A stretch of 64,000 bases of DNA. It comes from an uncultured Eubacteriales bacterium (GTDB lineage Bacteria; Bacillota; Clostridia; Oscillospirales; CAG-272). Of this stretch, positions 52,888 to 62,909 are shown piece by piece; the first letter of the stretch is position 1; the number at the start of each line of letters is the position of its first letter. A model generated the notes under the pieces. It ran no database searches, was not told the DNA's origin, and worked only from the letters and a program-made list of their open reading frames with translations. The DNA is taken from NCBI GenBank assembly GCA_934467415.1, contig CAKSLQ010000011.1, positions 22,581 through 86,580 on the forward strand, written 5' to 3'. The position numbers were made by a program, and so were the translations under genes.

Positions 52888-54348
52888 TTACAGCTCAAAG
52901 TAGAACGTGCTTCCCTTGCCGACCTCGCTGGTCACGCCGAACGGCGCGCCCTGCGCGGTGAGAATGTTCTTCACGATGGAAAGCCCCAGCCCCGTGCCGG
53001 TGACGGCACGCTTGTGTACCTTGTCCACCTTATAATAGCGGTCGAAAATGTAGGGCAGATTCTCCTTTTCGATGCCCTCGCCGTGGTCGATGACCTCGAC
53101 CCGCGCGCGGCCGTCCGCCGCATCGCAGAGCCGCACGAGGACGGTCTTGTCGTCGCCCGCATAGTTGATCGCGTTGTTGATGAGATTGTAGACCACTTGC
53201 AGAATGCGTTTCTTGTCGCAGTCGGCAAAGCGCTGCCCCACGCTCTCGTAGACAAAGGTATATCCCTTGCCCGCCATCAGCTTGCGGTAGCGGTCGATGA
53301 CCTCCGCAAGCATCGCGTCCAGATCAATGCGCTCGATCTCCACCTTCGGCCCCGCCCCGTTCTGATACTTGGACAGATCCACCAGATCGTTCACAAGCGA
53401 GGTCAGCCGCGCGGTCTCGTCCAGCACGACCTGCATGTTCTCCGGCGTGTTCTCGCCCTCGATATCCCGCATCATCTCGCAGTAGCCGGTGATCATGGTC
53501 AGCGGTGTGCGCAGATCGTGCGAAATGTTGGCGATGAGCTCCTTCTGCATCTTGTCGGTGCGCGCAAGCTCCTCCGCCGTGCGGTTCAGCGTGTCGGACA
53601 GCTCGACGATCTCGCGGTAGCCGTCGCCGTCAAACTGCACGTCGTAGACCCCCGCCGTCAGCTGCTTGGCCGCGCGGTTCACGTCCGTGATCGGGCGGGA
53701 CAGCCGTTTGGCCAGCGAATTGGCCACGAAGCCCGCAATCACTGTCATGGTGAGCGTGACCAGCATCAGCTGGAGCATCAGCGCGCCCTTGATCATGTTG
53801 ACCGGGGTGACCGCGCTGTCAAACAGCAGGATCAGCACACCGCGCGACGTGTCCTTGACCGCGGCATAGAGCAGACGGTCGCGCACATGATAGGAGCCGC
53901 CCGAAAGGAACGGACGGGTCTCGCCGCTCTGAAAGCCGGAAAGCCCGGCGCGGTGAAAATAGTCGCCGCCCTGATTCAGTGCGCGCTGATACAGCTTGGT
54001 GAGCGCGTTGTCGCTGATGTTGTGGATGAGGCAGCCGCCGCCGATGTCCGCCGTGGTGGTGAGCTTGCCATCTGCGTCAAAGACGCTGATGCACAGCTCA
54101 TTGTTCAGGCCGATGCCGTAAACCTCGCTGTCAAAATCCTCGTCCTCCGCCTCGTAGAGCGCGACAATCTCGCCCGCCGCCGTCATCATGCGCCGCTTGG
54201 TGACCTCGTAATAGAAGCGGTCGAGCAGCAGGATCTGAAAGCCCCACAAAAGCAGGATCGCCGTCAGCGTGAACACCGCGAAGCTGACAAACAGCTTGGC
54301 GCGCATCCGCATGACGTGGTGCGGCTTCTTTACGGTCTCATGCCTCAT
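52888..54348 (-). CDS. Sensor histidine kinase (two TM segments, HAMP, HisKA, HATPase)
   Basis: H-box SHDLRTPLT and G-box GTGLGLSIVK. It overlaps the response-regulator stop. Confidence 0.85.
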   Translation of the reverse strand: MRHETVKKPHHVMRMRAKLFVSFAVFTLTAILLLWGFQILLLDRFYYEVTKRRMMTAAGEIVALYEAEDEDFDSEVYGIGLNNELCISVFDADGKLTTTADIGGGCLIHNISDNALTKLYQRALNQGGDYFHRAGLSGFQSGETRPFLSGGSYHVRDRLLYAAVKDTSRGVLILLFDSAVTPVNMIKGALMLQLMLVTLTMTVIAGFVANSLAKRLSRPITDVNRAAKQLTAGVYDVQFDGDGYREIVELSDTLNRTAEELARTDKMQKELIANISHDLRTPLTMITGYCEMMRDIEGENTPENMQVVLDETARLTSLVNDLVDLSKYQNGAGPKVEIERIDLDAMLAEVIDRYRKLMAGKGYTFVYESVGQRFADCDKKRILQVVYNLINNAINYAGDDKTVLVRLCDAADGRARVEVIDHGEGIEKENLPYIFDRYYKVDKVHKRAVTGTGLGLSIVKNILTAQGAPFGVTSEVGKGSTFYFEL

Positions 54349-55024
54349 CGCTGTACCTGTAGCCGACGCCGCGCAGCGTCACGATGTAGGAGCTGTAGCG
54401 GCCGAGGCTCTTGCGCAGCAGCTTGACGTGCGTGTCGAGCGTGCGGTCGCCGCCGAAGAAGTCGTAGCCCCAGACCTTGCTGATGAGCGTTTCGCGCGAC
54501 AGCGCGATGTTGCGGTTGCGGATCATGTAGAAAAGCAGGTCATACTCCTTCGGTGAGAGGCTGATCTCCGTACCGTCCACATAGACGCGGCGCGCCGTGA
54601 AGTTGACCTCGAGCCCCTCGCTTTTGTAGATCTCGGCGGCAGGCTTTTCCTCGGCCTGCGGCTTCTTTGCGCGCTTCAGGATCGCGTCCACGCGCAGCAT
54701 CAGCTCCTTCGGCGAAAAGGGCTTGACCACATAGTCGTCGATGCCCAGTTCAAAGCCGTTGATCTTGTCGTATTCCTCGCCGCGCGCCGAAAGCATCAGA
54801 ATCGGCACGTCCGACTTCTTGCGGATCTCGCGGCAGGCGGAGAAGCCGTCGAGATTCGGCATCATGATGTCCATGATGACAATGTCGTAGGTGTTGTCGC
54901 GGCACTTTTCGATCGCCTGCATACCGTCCTCGGCATAGTCCACCTCGTGCCCCTCAAACTTTGCGTACTTGCCGATCAGCTCGCGGATCTTTTCTTCGTC
55001 ATCGACTACAAGGATTTTGTACAT
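54338..55024 (-). CDS. OmpR-family response regulator
   Basis: MYKILVVDDEE...IMDIMMPNLDG, with a winged helix ending TLRGVGYRY. Confidence 0.9.
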   Translation of the reverse strand: MYKILVVDDEEKIRELIGKYAKFEGHEVDYAEDGMQAIEKCRDNTYDIVIMDIMMPNLDGFSACREIRKKSDVPILMLSARGEEYDKINGFELGIDDYVVKPFSPKELMLRVDAILKRAKKPQAEEKPAAEIYKSEGLEVNFTARRVYVDGTEISLSPKEYDLLFYMIRNRNIALSRETLISKVWGYDFFGGDRTLDTHVKLLRKSLGRYSSYIVTLRGVGYRYSDEA

Positions 55025-55079
55025 ATGTTCCCCCTATCCCAAAAATGCCCCGCACGGGGGCATTTTTGCGTATATTCAC

Positions 55080-56336
55080 TTACTGTCTTTCGGTCGAGAG
55101 CTCGATCTTGGTCTCTGCGGGTTTGTCCTCGATCAGCGTGACGCTGACCTCCGTATACCTGCCGCTGCGGACAACCGTGATGGTCACCGTGTCGCCCACC
55201 TTATAGCTCTGGAGCGCACTCTTGAGCGTTGCGGAGCCGGAGACCTCATAGTCGCCGATGCGCACGATGCGGTCGCCGTTTTTCAGCCCGGTTTCGCCGC
55301 CGTCATACACATAGATGCCGTAGGAATTGACGCGGTAGCGCATCAGATCCATATAGTCGTCGATCTCGATGTAGGAGATGCCGATGGCGGGACGTCCCGA
55401 GACGTAGCCGTTGGTCATCAGCTCCGACGCGATCTTGTATGCCGTGTTGATCGGGATGGCAAAGCCCAGTCCCTCGATGTCGCTGCCGGACGCCTTTGCG
55501 TTGACGACCGCGATCAGCTCGCCGCGCATATTGAAGAGACCGCCGCCGCTGTTGCCCGGGTTGATGGCCGCGTTGGTCTGGAGCAGCGTCATCGACTGCC
55601 CCGAGACAATGATCTCGCGGTCAAGCGCGCTGATGATGCCGTTGGTCACGCTGCCGCCCAGCGAACCGAGCGGATTGCCGACCGCAAGCACCTCGTCCCC
55701 GACGACCAGCTTCGAGCTGTCGCCGAGCGTGGCTGCGGGCAGATCCTTCGCGTCAATCTTGATGACCGCGATATCCTCCTGCGAGTCCGTGCCGACAAGC
55801 GTCGCTTCATATTCATCGCCGCTGGTCAGGCGCACCGTGATCTTGGTGGCGCCGTCCACCACATGGTTGTTGGTGATGATGTAGCCGTCCGACGTGATGA
55901 CCACGCCGCTGCCCGCACCGCTCTTCACATACTGCTCAAAATACGAGCCGTTGACCGTCTGCTCCGTCGTGATCTCCACGACCGTGGGCTTGACCTTCGC
56001 CGCAACCTCGGCATAGGTCATGCTGCCCGCGGAGGAGAGCCCCGCGCCCGAAATCTGCGCGCCCGGAATGGTCGCGACCGGCGTGGTGGCCGCGGGCTGC
56101 TGCACCGCGGGTTCAGCCGTCGCGCCGCCGCGCCCCGCCAGCGTTGCGCCGAGTGCGCCGCTGCCGGCCGAGATGCCGACAATCAGGAGGGCGACCGCGA
56201 GATTGCGCAGGATCTTGCTCTTTTTCTTCGGGGGCTTCCGCTCCCCTTCAAAATGCAGGACGACCGGCTCGCCGGTGCGGCGCTCCGCTTCCTGTGAATA
56301 ATTGTTTTCGGAATTGCCAAATTGATATTCAGCCAT
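55080..56336 (-). CDS. htrA: HtrA/DegP-family serine protease with PDZ domain
   Basis: Membrane anchor, then TNNHVV (His), GNSGGGLFN (Ser) and a C-terminal PDZ domain. Confidence 0.85.
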   Translation of the reverse strand: MAEYQFGNSENNYSQEAERRTGEPVVLHFEGERKPPKKKSKILRNLAVALLIVGISAGSGALGATLAGRGGATAEPAVQQPAATTPVATIPGAQISGAGLSSAGSMTYAEVAAKVKPTVVEITTEQTVNGSYFEQYVKSGAGSGVVITSDGYIITNNHVVDGATKITVRLTSGDEYEATLVGTDSQEDIAVIKIDAKDLPAATLGDSSKLVVGDEVLAVGNPLGSLGGSVTNGIISALDREIIVSGQSMTLLQTNAAINPGNSGGGLFNMRGELIAVVNAKASGSDIEGLGFAIPINTAYKIASELMTNGYVSGRPAIGISYIEIDDYMDLMRYRVNSYGIYVYDGGETGLKNGDRIVRIGDYEVSGSATLKSALQSYKVGDTVTITVVRSGRYTEVSVTLIEDKPAETKIELSTERQ

Positions 56337-56435
56337 GATTACGACCTCGCTTTCCGTTTGTGCTTACAGTATACCCCGCCATTGTGACGATTGTATGACA
56401 GCGCACGGAAATTACGCTGAATTTTATGGATGATT

Positions 56436-56867
56436 CTACGTGTTTTTTTCGCGATCGAGATAATTCTGCAAAATGATCTCGGCCGACAGCGTGTCCACCA
56501 CGCTCTTGCGCTTTGCGCCGCGCGTGTCGGTCAGATTGAGGATCTGATGCGCCGCCATCGTCGTGACGCGCTCGTCGAAGAAGACGATCTCCGCCGCCGT
56601 CAGCGGGCGGAGCAGCTCGGCAAATGCGCGGATCTTGTCCGCGCTCCCTCCCTCGCTGCCGTCCATGTTCTTCGGCATACCGATCACAATGACCGCCGCG
56701 CCGCGCTCTGCCGCCACGGCGGCGACCTTTTTCGCCGTCGAGCGCATACCGCCCTCCGAAATCGTGCCGATGCCGCCCGCGAGGAAGCGGTTTGCATCCG
56801 AGATCGCAAGCCCCGTGCGCCGGTCGCCGTAGTCCACGCCCAGCACACGCCCTTTGTTTTCCGTCAT
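56436..56867 (-). CDS. ruvX: Holliday-junction-resolvase-like nuclease RuvX/YqgF
   Basis: 143 aa. Contains LGVDYGDRRTGLAISD. Confidence 0.85.
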   Translation of the reverse strand: MTENKGRVLGVDYGDRRTGLAISDANRFLAGGIGTISEGGMRSTAKKVAAVAAERGAAVIVIGMPKNMDGSEGGSADKIRAFAELLRPLTAAEIVFFDERVTTMAAHQILNLTDTRGAKRKSVVDTLSAEIILQNYLDREKNT

Positions 56868-56964
56868 AGTTTGTCCTTTCCGGCCGCGCCATGCTCCGCC
56901 GCAGAATGGGTAAAAGCTCCGGTCGCCGCGTTCGGCAGCGAAGCGAGGCGAAGCATCGCGGAAT

Positions 56965-58026
56965 TTATTCGATCAGCATTGCATCGCCAAAACTGAAGAA
57001 GCGATAGCCCTCGCGCACCGCCAGCTTGTAGGCGTCGAGCATCTTTTCGCGCGACCACAGCGCGCTGACCAGCATGAGCAAGGTGCTTTCGGGCAGATGA
57101 AAATTGGTGATCAGCGCGTCGGTCATCTTAAATTTGTAGCCCGGGTAGATGAAAATGCCGGTGTCGTCCGTCATCTCATGCAGGATACCGTCCTCGTCCG
57201 ACGCGCTCTCGAGCACGCGGCAGGAGGTCGTCCCGACCGCGATGACGCGCCCGCCCGCCGCGCGGCGGCGGTTGATCTCCTCGGCGGCCTCGCGGCTGAC
57301 CGAAAAATACTCGCTGTGCATCACATGGTCGCCGACCTTTGACTCCTTGACCGGGCGGAACGTGCCGAGCCCGACATGCAGCATGACCGGCACGATCGCC
57401 GTGCCCCTCGCGCGGATCCTGTCGAGCAGTTCCTCGGTGAAATGCAGCCCCGCGGTCGGCGCGGCGGCGCTGCCCGCCTCGCGGGCATACACCGTCTGAT
57501 AGAGGCTGTCATCCTCGAGCTTTTCCGTGATGTAGGGCGGGAGCGGCATGCTGCCGATCTTCTCCAGCACGCCGTAGATCTCCGCGCCGCCGACCGAGAA
57601 GGTCACGATGCGGTTGCCCTCCTCGACGATGTCCGTAATCTCGCCTTCAAGCAGGCCGTCGCCGAAGATGAATCTCTTGCCGATCTTCGCTTTCTTGCCG
57701 GGGCGCACCAGCGTCTCCCAGGTGCGGTCACCGTGCCGCCGCAGAAGCAGGAACTCCACCACGCGGTCCGGCTTTTCCGCGTCCGTGCCGTAAAGCCGCG
57801 CGGGAATAACCTTGGAGTCGTTGATGACCAGCACATCCTCGGGGCGGATGCAGTCAATCACATCGTAGAAATGCTTGTGCGTAATTTCGCCGCTTGCGCG
57901 GTCGATAACCATCAGACGTGCTGCGTCGCGCGGCTCGGCGGGGTGCTGTGCGATCTGCGCCTGCGGCAGGTCGTAGTAAAAATCCTCTTTGCGCAAATCG
58001 GTTGCAATGCGTTCGTTCTTTACCAT
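56965..58026 (-). CDS. queA: S-adenosylmethionine:tRNA ribosyltransferase-isomerase
   Basis: Trimmed to MVKNERIATDLRKEDFYYDLPQAQIAQHPAEPRDAARLMV. Also contains TAGLHFT. Confidence 0.9.
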   Translation of the reverse strand: MVKNERIATDLRKEDFYYDLPQAQIAQHPAEPRDAARLMVIDRASGEITHKHFYDVIDCIRPEDVLVINDSKVIPARLYGTDAEKPDRVVEFLLLRRHGDRTWETLVRPGKKAKIGKRFIFGDGLLEGEITDIVEEGNRIVTFSVGGAEIYGVLEKIGSMPLPPYITEKLEDDSLYQTVYAREAGSAAAPTAGLHFTEELLDRIRARGTAIVPVMLHVGLGTFRPVKESKVGDHVMHSEYFSVSREAAEEINRRRAAGGRVIAVGTTSCRVLESASDEDGILHEMTDDTGIFIYPGYKFKMTDALITNFHLPESTLLMLVSALWSREKMLDAYKLAVREGYRFFSFGDAMLIE

Positions 58027-58120
58027 ACGTTTCTTTCGCAAAAAATGCGTTCTTTCATACATTGATATCAGACAGACTTATTATAAACCACTCTGCACAA
58101 AAATTCAAGTAGAGGTTTCT

Positions 58121-59017
58121 ATGAAAGAGCATTCCGAAAACACATCGCTTTTCACGGGTGCGGCAACGGCGCTGGCCACGCCGTTTTCGGGCGGCGAAAT
58201 CGACCTTGCCGCCTTTGAGCGGCTGGTTGAATGGCAGCTCGACATGGGCATCGACGCCGTCTGCGTGGCGGGGACGACCGGCGAGGCGGCCACGCTCTCG
58301 CGCGGCGAGCGCCGCCGTCTGCTCGGCGCGGCACGCGCGCTCTCGGCGGGCAAAGTGCCGCTGATCGCCGGATGCGGCAGCGCCGACACCAAGGCGGCCT
58401 GTACGCTCACGGCCGATGCGGTCGCCTGCGGCGCGGACGCGCTGCTCGTCATCACGCCCTACTGCAACAAGGGAACGGCGGACGGCATCCTCGAGCACTA
58501 CCGCCGCGTGGCCGATGCGGCGTGCGGCCGCCCCGTCATTCTCTACAACATCCCGTCCCGCACCGGCGTGGATCTCACCGCAGCCCAGTATGCCGCGCTT
58601 GCCGAAATTCCGCACATCTGCGCGGTCAAGGAAGCCTCCGGCAGCATGGCAAAGCTCACGCGGCTCTGCGCCGACGGGCGGCTCGCGGTCTACAGCGGCA
58701 ATGACGATCAGATCCTGCCCGTCATGGCTGTCGGTGGCCGCGGCGTGATCTCGGTGCTGTCCAACCTCGCGCCCGCCGCCGTCTCGGCCATGACGCACGC
58801 GGCGGCGGACGGCGACTTTGCCACGGCGCGGCATCTCGCGTACAAATACGCGCGGCTCATTTCGCTGCTCTTCGCCGAGACCAATCCCGCGCCGCTGAAA
58901 TACGCCTTAGAGCTGCTCGGCCTTTGCAGAGGCGAGGTGCGCCTGCCGCTGGCCGAAGTCGGCGATGACCTGAAGGCGGCGCTGCGCGGGGAGCTCACCG
59001 CCCTCGGCATGCTGTAA
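58121..59017 (+). CDS. dapA: 4-hydroxy-tetrahydrodipicolinate synthase
   Basis: Trimmed to MKEHSENTSLFTGAATALATPF. Motifs GTTGEAATLS, YNIPSRTG and KEASG. Confidence 0.85.
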   Translation: MKEHSENTSLFTGAATALATPFSGGEIDLAAFERLVEWQLDMGIDAVCVAGTTGEAATLSRGERRRLLGAARALSAGKVPLIAGCGSADTKAACTLTADAVACGADALLVITPYCNKGTADGILEHYRRVADAACGRPVILYNIPSRTGVDLTAAQYAALAEIPHICAVKEASGSMAKLTRLCADGRLAVYSGNDDQILPVMAVGGRGVISVLSNLAPAAVSAMTHAAADGDFATARHLAYKYARLISLLFAETNPAPLKYALELLGLCRGEVRLPLAEVGDDLKAALRGELTALGML

Positions 59018-59082
59018 ACATGCGACGCATGGAATGGCAGCATCTGGTTACAACAAGGCTTTCGGCAGATTCTGCAAATTCA

Positions 59083-59355
59083 GGCTCCCTCTGACGAGGG
59101 TGAGCTGTACGAGACGCGATGCGTCTCGCGGAGTTTTTCTTCGTCGGCTGAACGCCGACGATTTCGCTATGCGAAACCGAAAAACATCCTGACGGTGACT
59201 GAGGGAGAGATAACGCGCAGTAACATTTGCACGCCTTTTCCTTCTTTTGAGATATCTCTCCCTCCGTCACGGCGTTGCCGTGATGTTTTCCGAAGGAAAA
59301 CTCATGAGGAACACATCGTGTTCCGTGCCACACTCCCCCGTCAGGTGGAGGCTTG
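59083..59355 (-). repeat. Modular GC-rich hairpin repeat element, copy 4 (inverted orientation, with extra hairpin modules)
   Basis: Its reverse complement aligns with copy 2: CAAGCCTCCACCTGACGGGGGAG..GGCACG, GACGGAGGGAGAGATA, GCAAATGTTACTG..CGTTATCTCTCCCTCAGTC and CTCGTCAGAGGGAGCC. Confidence 0.7.
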
Positions 59356-59589
59356 TTTAGATACAACATTGTATTGCTTGCAGAAATAGGCATAAAAAGC
59401 GGGCGATTCATGAATCGCCCCCTACAGCTTTGCAAAGAACTTGTTCTTGTAGGGACCGGCATCCTCTGTCAAGAGCAAGATTGTATACATTTCAGCATTG
59501 CCGCTTTGAATCTGCATATTCGCCCTCTTCAAAAGCCGTATTGCCGAAAGGCGATGCGGCTTTTCGCCTCTTTTTATTGAATCTTGCCG

Positions 59590-59618
59590 TTGACAGTCGC
59601 CCGAAATGCGGATATAAT
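59590..59618 (+). promoter_or_regulatory. Consensus promoter of guaA
   Basis: TTGACA, 17 nt, TATAAT. Confidence 0.6.
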
Positions 59619-59669
59619 ACATATTGTATCTTATTTTGCGCTTTCTTTGAAGAAAGGAAACCTGAAAAC

Positions 59670-61538
59670 ATGGAAAAACTTGCGATTCTCGACTGCGGCG
59701 GCCAGTACACAAAAGTGATTGACCGCAAGGTTCGCGAGCTGGGCGTCTACTCGGACATTTTCCCGATGGGCGTCGGCGCGGACAAGCTGCGCGGCTACGA
59801 TGCGATGATCCTCAGCGGCGGCCCCTCCAGCGTATGGGAGAGCGGCGCGCCCGCCTACGATCCCGCCATCTTTGAGCTCGGCATCCCGACGCTCGGCATC
59901 TGCTACGGTATGCAGCTCATCAACGAGCATTTCGGCGGCATCGTCCTGCCCGAGGTCAAGACCGAGTACGGTCCGACCGAGATCGACATCATCGCGCCCT
60001 GCCCGCTCACCGACGGCATGGACAGGAAGCAGACCGTCCTGATGAGCCACGGCGACGCGGTCAAGAAGCACGCGGACGGCTTTGTCACCTTTGCCGTCAC
60101 CGGCGATGTCGTCGCCGGTATTTACAACGCCGAGCGGAAGATCATCGGCGTGCAGTTCCACCCCGAGGTAGACCTCTCGGAGCACGGCGTGGAAATGCTG
60201 GAGAATTTTCTGCGCAAGGTCTGCGGCCTCAGGGAGACCTACGCGCTGGAGGACCGCATCGAGACCTCGGTGCGCATGATCCGCGAAAAGGTCGGAAACG
60301 AAAAGGTCATCGTCCTCGTTTCGGGCGGCGTGGACAGCGCCGTCACCGCTGCGCTGCTGGTACGCGCGCTCCCGCCGGAGAATGTCTATGCCATCCACAT
60401 CGACCACGGCATGATGCGCAAGAACGAGAGTGACCTCATCTGCGAGAACCTGAAGAAGCTCGGCCTCGTCCACATGAAGCGCGTCAACGCCGAGAACGAG
60501 TTCTTCAACGGCGCCGTGGATGACGGCACGGGCAAGGTCATCGGCCCTCTCTCCGCCACCGTCGATCCCGAGAAGAAGCGCAAGATCATCGGCTCCATGT
60601 TCGTCAAGGTCACCGCAAAGGCGGCCGAGGAGCTGGGCATCGACTTCGACAACACCTTCTTGGCGCAGGGGACGCTCCGCCCCGACCTGATCGAGAGCGG
60701 CAACCCCGATGTCAGCGGTTACGCCAACAAGATCAAGACGCATCACAACGACGTCGATATTATCCGCAAGTTCCGCGAAAAAGGCAAGATCATCGAGACC
60801 AACTGGGACTGGCACAAGGATGAGGTCCGCCAGGTCGCGCGTATGCTCGGCCTCGACGAGGAGATCGCCTCGCGCCAGCCGTTCCCCGGCCCCGGCCTCG
60901 GCGTCCGCATCCTCTGCAACGACTCCACCGTTGCCATCACGACCGAGCAGCGTAAAAAGCTCGCCGACTTCCTCGCCGACTACGAGGGCGGCAAATACGT
61001 CGGCAAGATCGCGCCGATCCGCAGCGTCGGCGTCCAGGGTGACAACCGCTCCTACAAGAGTCTGGTCGTCCTCGGCGGCGGCCTGCCGACCGACTGGGAC
61101 GCGCTCTTTGAGGTCGCCCGCGCCATCCCCAACAACCTCTCGTTCATCAACCGCGTTGCCTACCGCGTAGACTCGAAGGAGCCGGTCAACACGCTGACCT
61201 GCACGCCGATGCACATCTGCCACGAGACCGCGGAGGTTCTCCGCGAGGCGGACGCCATCGTCACCGGCACGGTCATGAACAAGAAGATCGCACAGTGCTT
61301 CGCCGTGCTGCTCCCCGTCTCGACCGACGAGACCTCGGCGCGTCCCTATTCGATCGTCATCCGCGCCGTCGTCACCAGCGACTATATGACCGCCCGTGCC
61401 GCCGTCCCCGGCGTCCACTTCCCCGTCGAAGCGCTCGAGTCCGCCGCAAAGCAGATCAAAGAAAAGCTCGGCGATAAGGTCGATATGGTCCTCTACGATG
61501 TCACCGGTAAACCCCCGGCAACGATCGAGTGGGAATGA
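59670..61538 (+). CDS. guaA: GMP synthase (glutamine-hydrolysing), long form with a eukaryote-like C-terminal region
   Basis: Trimmed to MEKLAILDCGGQYTKV. GATase GICYGMQ, PP-loop SGGVDSAV, C-terminal KPPATIEWE. 622 aa. Confidence 0.9.
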   Translation: MEKLAILDCGGQYTKVIDRKVRELGVYSDIFPMGVGADKLRGYDAMILSGGPSSVWESGAPAYDPAIFELGIPTLGICYGMQLINEHFGGIVLPEVKTEYGPTEIDIIAPCPLTDGMDRKQTVLMSHGDAVKKHADGFVTFAVTGDVVAGIYNAERKIIGVQFHPEVDLSEHGVEMLENFLRKVCGLRETYALEDRIETSVRMIREKVGNEKVIVLVSGGVDSAVTAALLVRALPPENVYAIHIDHGMMRKNESDLICENLKKLGLVHMKRVNAENEFFNGAVDDGTGKVIGPLSATVDPEKKRKIIGSMFVKVTAKAAEELGIDFDNTFLAQGTLRPDLIESGNPDVSGYANKIKTHHNDVDIIRKFREKGKIIETNWDWHKDEVRQVARMLGLDEEIASRQPFPGPGLGVRILCNDSTVAITTEQRKKLADFLADYEGGKYVGKIAPIRSVGVQGDNRSYKSLVVLGGGLPTDWDALFEVARAIPNNLSFINRVAYRVDSKEPVNTLTCTPMHICHETAEVLREADAIVTGTVMNKKIAQCFAVLLPVSTDETSARPYSIVIRAVVTSDYMTARAAVPGVHFPVEALESAAKQIKEKLGDKVDMVLYDVTGKPPATIEWE

Positions 61539-61648
61539 TCCCCGAAAGGCTGAAAAGCCTTGAAAATGCTGAACTTTTGCGGATTTTGATGCTGTCAAAA
61601 TCGCTTTTTGACGCGAATTTGACGCAACTTATTTTCAGAGAAAATAAG

Positions 61649-61690
61649 AAATGCTCTGACGAAACCAATCGTCAGAGCATTTCCTTTATT
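61649..61690. terminator. Bidirectional terminator between guaA and the R-M island
   Basis: AAATGCTCTGACG-aaaccaat-CGTCAGAGCATTT followed by a T-rich tract. Confidence 0.7.
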
Positions 61691-61790
61691 CTTCATCATC
61701 TTTGATGTCTGCGTAATGAATCGGATTGCGGCTGCCCAAACCAAATTAGAAGAGAGCCGTTATCGCAATAGTCTCGTAAATGAGCAAACA

Positions 61791-62909
61791 TTATTCCTCA
61801 CTTTTTACTATCTCTTTAGTTTTTTCAATCTTTCTATCTGCATAGAGAACTACATCTTTGATGACAAGTTTTTGTACAGCAGAAATCAAAATTGCCATTG
61901 TATCATAATCAGGTTTCCCGTCTTTCGTCGGAAGCTGAATGTCGAGAGCATCGGCATCTTTAGCGTAGAAGTTATGTCCGTAATCAAATTTACCGGTGTG
62001 AGCCGCTTTGTGGATGGCAGCGGTCAGAAAGATTGATGCTTTCATTGGAACAGTTTCGGTATGTACAACCGCCACGTGATCGTCTGCTCCGTACTTGTAA
62101 TTACGATACTTAGCAGAACCGAACATATCAATCGTTGTAGTGTTTTTCTCGAACACCTCAACATCATTGCTGATATATGCGGAAATGCCTTCCGATGCTT
62201 CACCCGCAGTAACAAATGGGAGCGTTCCTGCAATACGGTCATCACCTTTCAAACGCTTGCCCCGTGTAGATTTACCAAAGAGCCTTTCAAGATTATATGT
62301 ATCCCATTTAAGCGACTGAAAGTTTTTAAGTGCGCTTTCCTCTTCACTGGATAATTCATAATTATCCAGTCCGCTTACTGTTAAGTAAGCGGACAGCTCC
62401 GCTACACGCTCCGCTTCCAGCTCCGCTATAAAGGATTCCATAAAAGTAAAGTCGATAGAACCGTTATTTTTTTTTGGAAGTGAAACTGTTTGTTTTTTTA
62501 ATGTTTCGACGTTGAATCTTGAACTTCCCCAAGCGAAAGAACAAAACGCCTTTCTCATGGCCGAAAGGAAAAATTGAGCGTTATCTTTTCCAAATTTGGT
62601 ATACTTCGGCTTTAGTATTTTTATTTTGTCTCCCGTAAAATATGGCTTTTCTTGATAAAACATTGTGGCGGTATCTTGACCAAAAGATATTGTATTCCCT
62701 GGATTAAGATATTTAATAGGTTCATCAATGTTACCTTTTTTCCCATTTTCGGTACTTTGGCGAACTATGTATGGATGCCCGCCATTTTCGATAATTTTCA
62801 CTTTGTTGGCATCAAAACGTTTTTTATAAGATACAACTTCAAATAAATCCCCAAGCTTATATTCGCCCCACTTAACAGTCCTCAACTTTTCGTTAAGTGA
62901 GGCATTCAT
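61791..62909 (-). CDS. hsdS: Type I restriction-modification specificity subunit
   Basis: Trimmed to MNASLNEKLRTVKWGEYKLGDLFEV (its ATG overlaps the hsdM stop as ATGA). Two target-recognition domains are separated by the conserved helix FMESFIAELEAERVAELSAYL. The DNA is AT-rich. Confidence 0.8.
   Translation of the reverse strand: MNASLNEKLRTVKWGEYKLGDLFEVVSYKKRFDANKVKIIENGGHPYIVRQSTENGKKGNIDEPIKYLNPGNTISFGQDTATMFYQEKPYFTGDKIKILKPKYTKFGKDNAQFFLSAMRKAFCSFAWGSSRFNVETLKKQTVSLPKKNNGSIDFTFMESFIAELEAERVAELSAYLTVSGLDNYELSSEEESALKNFQSLKWDTYNLERLFGKSTRGKRLKGDDRIAGTLPFVTAGEASEGISAYISNDVEVFEKNTTTIDMFGSAKYRNYKYGADDHVAVVHTETVPMKASIFLTAAIHKAAHTGKFDYGHNFYAKDADALDIQLPTKDGKPDYDTMAILISAVQKLVIKDVVLYADRKIEKTKEIVKSEE

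Noticed and set aside
59018-59669. A purine riboswitch upstream of guaA, a T-box upstream of hisS, or a lysine riboswitch upstream of dapA.
   Set aside because: The guaA leader after the consensus promoter is only about 45 nt, with no purine-riboswitch junction motifs. hisS starts 28 nt after the preceding gene. The dapA leader is under 100 nt without L-box features.
61683-61790. Short ORFs (31-34 aa) between the guaA terminator and hsdS.
   Set aside because: One reads through the terminator hairpin. Neither has an SD or a recognisable motif. They are probably non-coding island-edge sequence.
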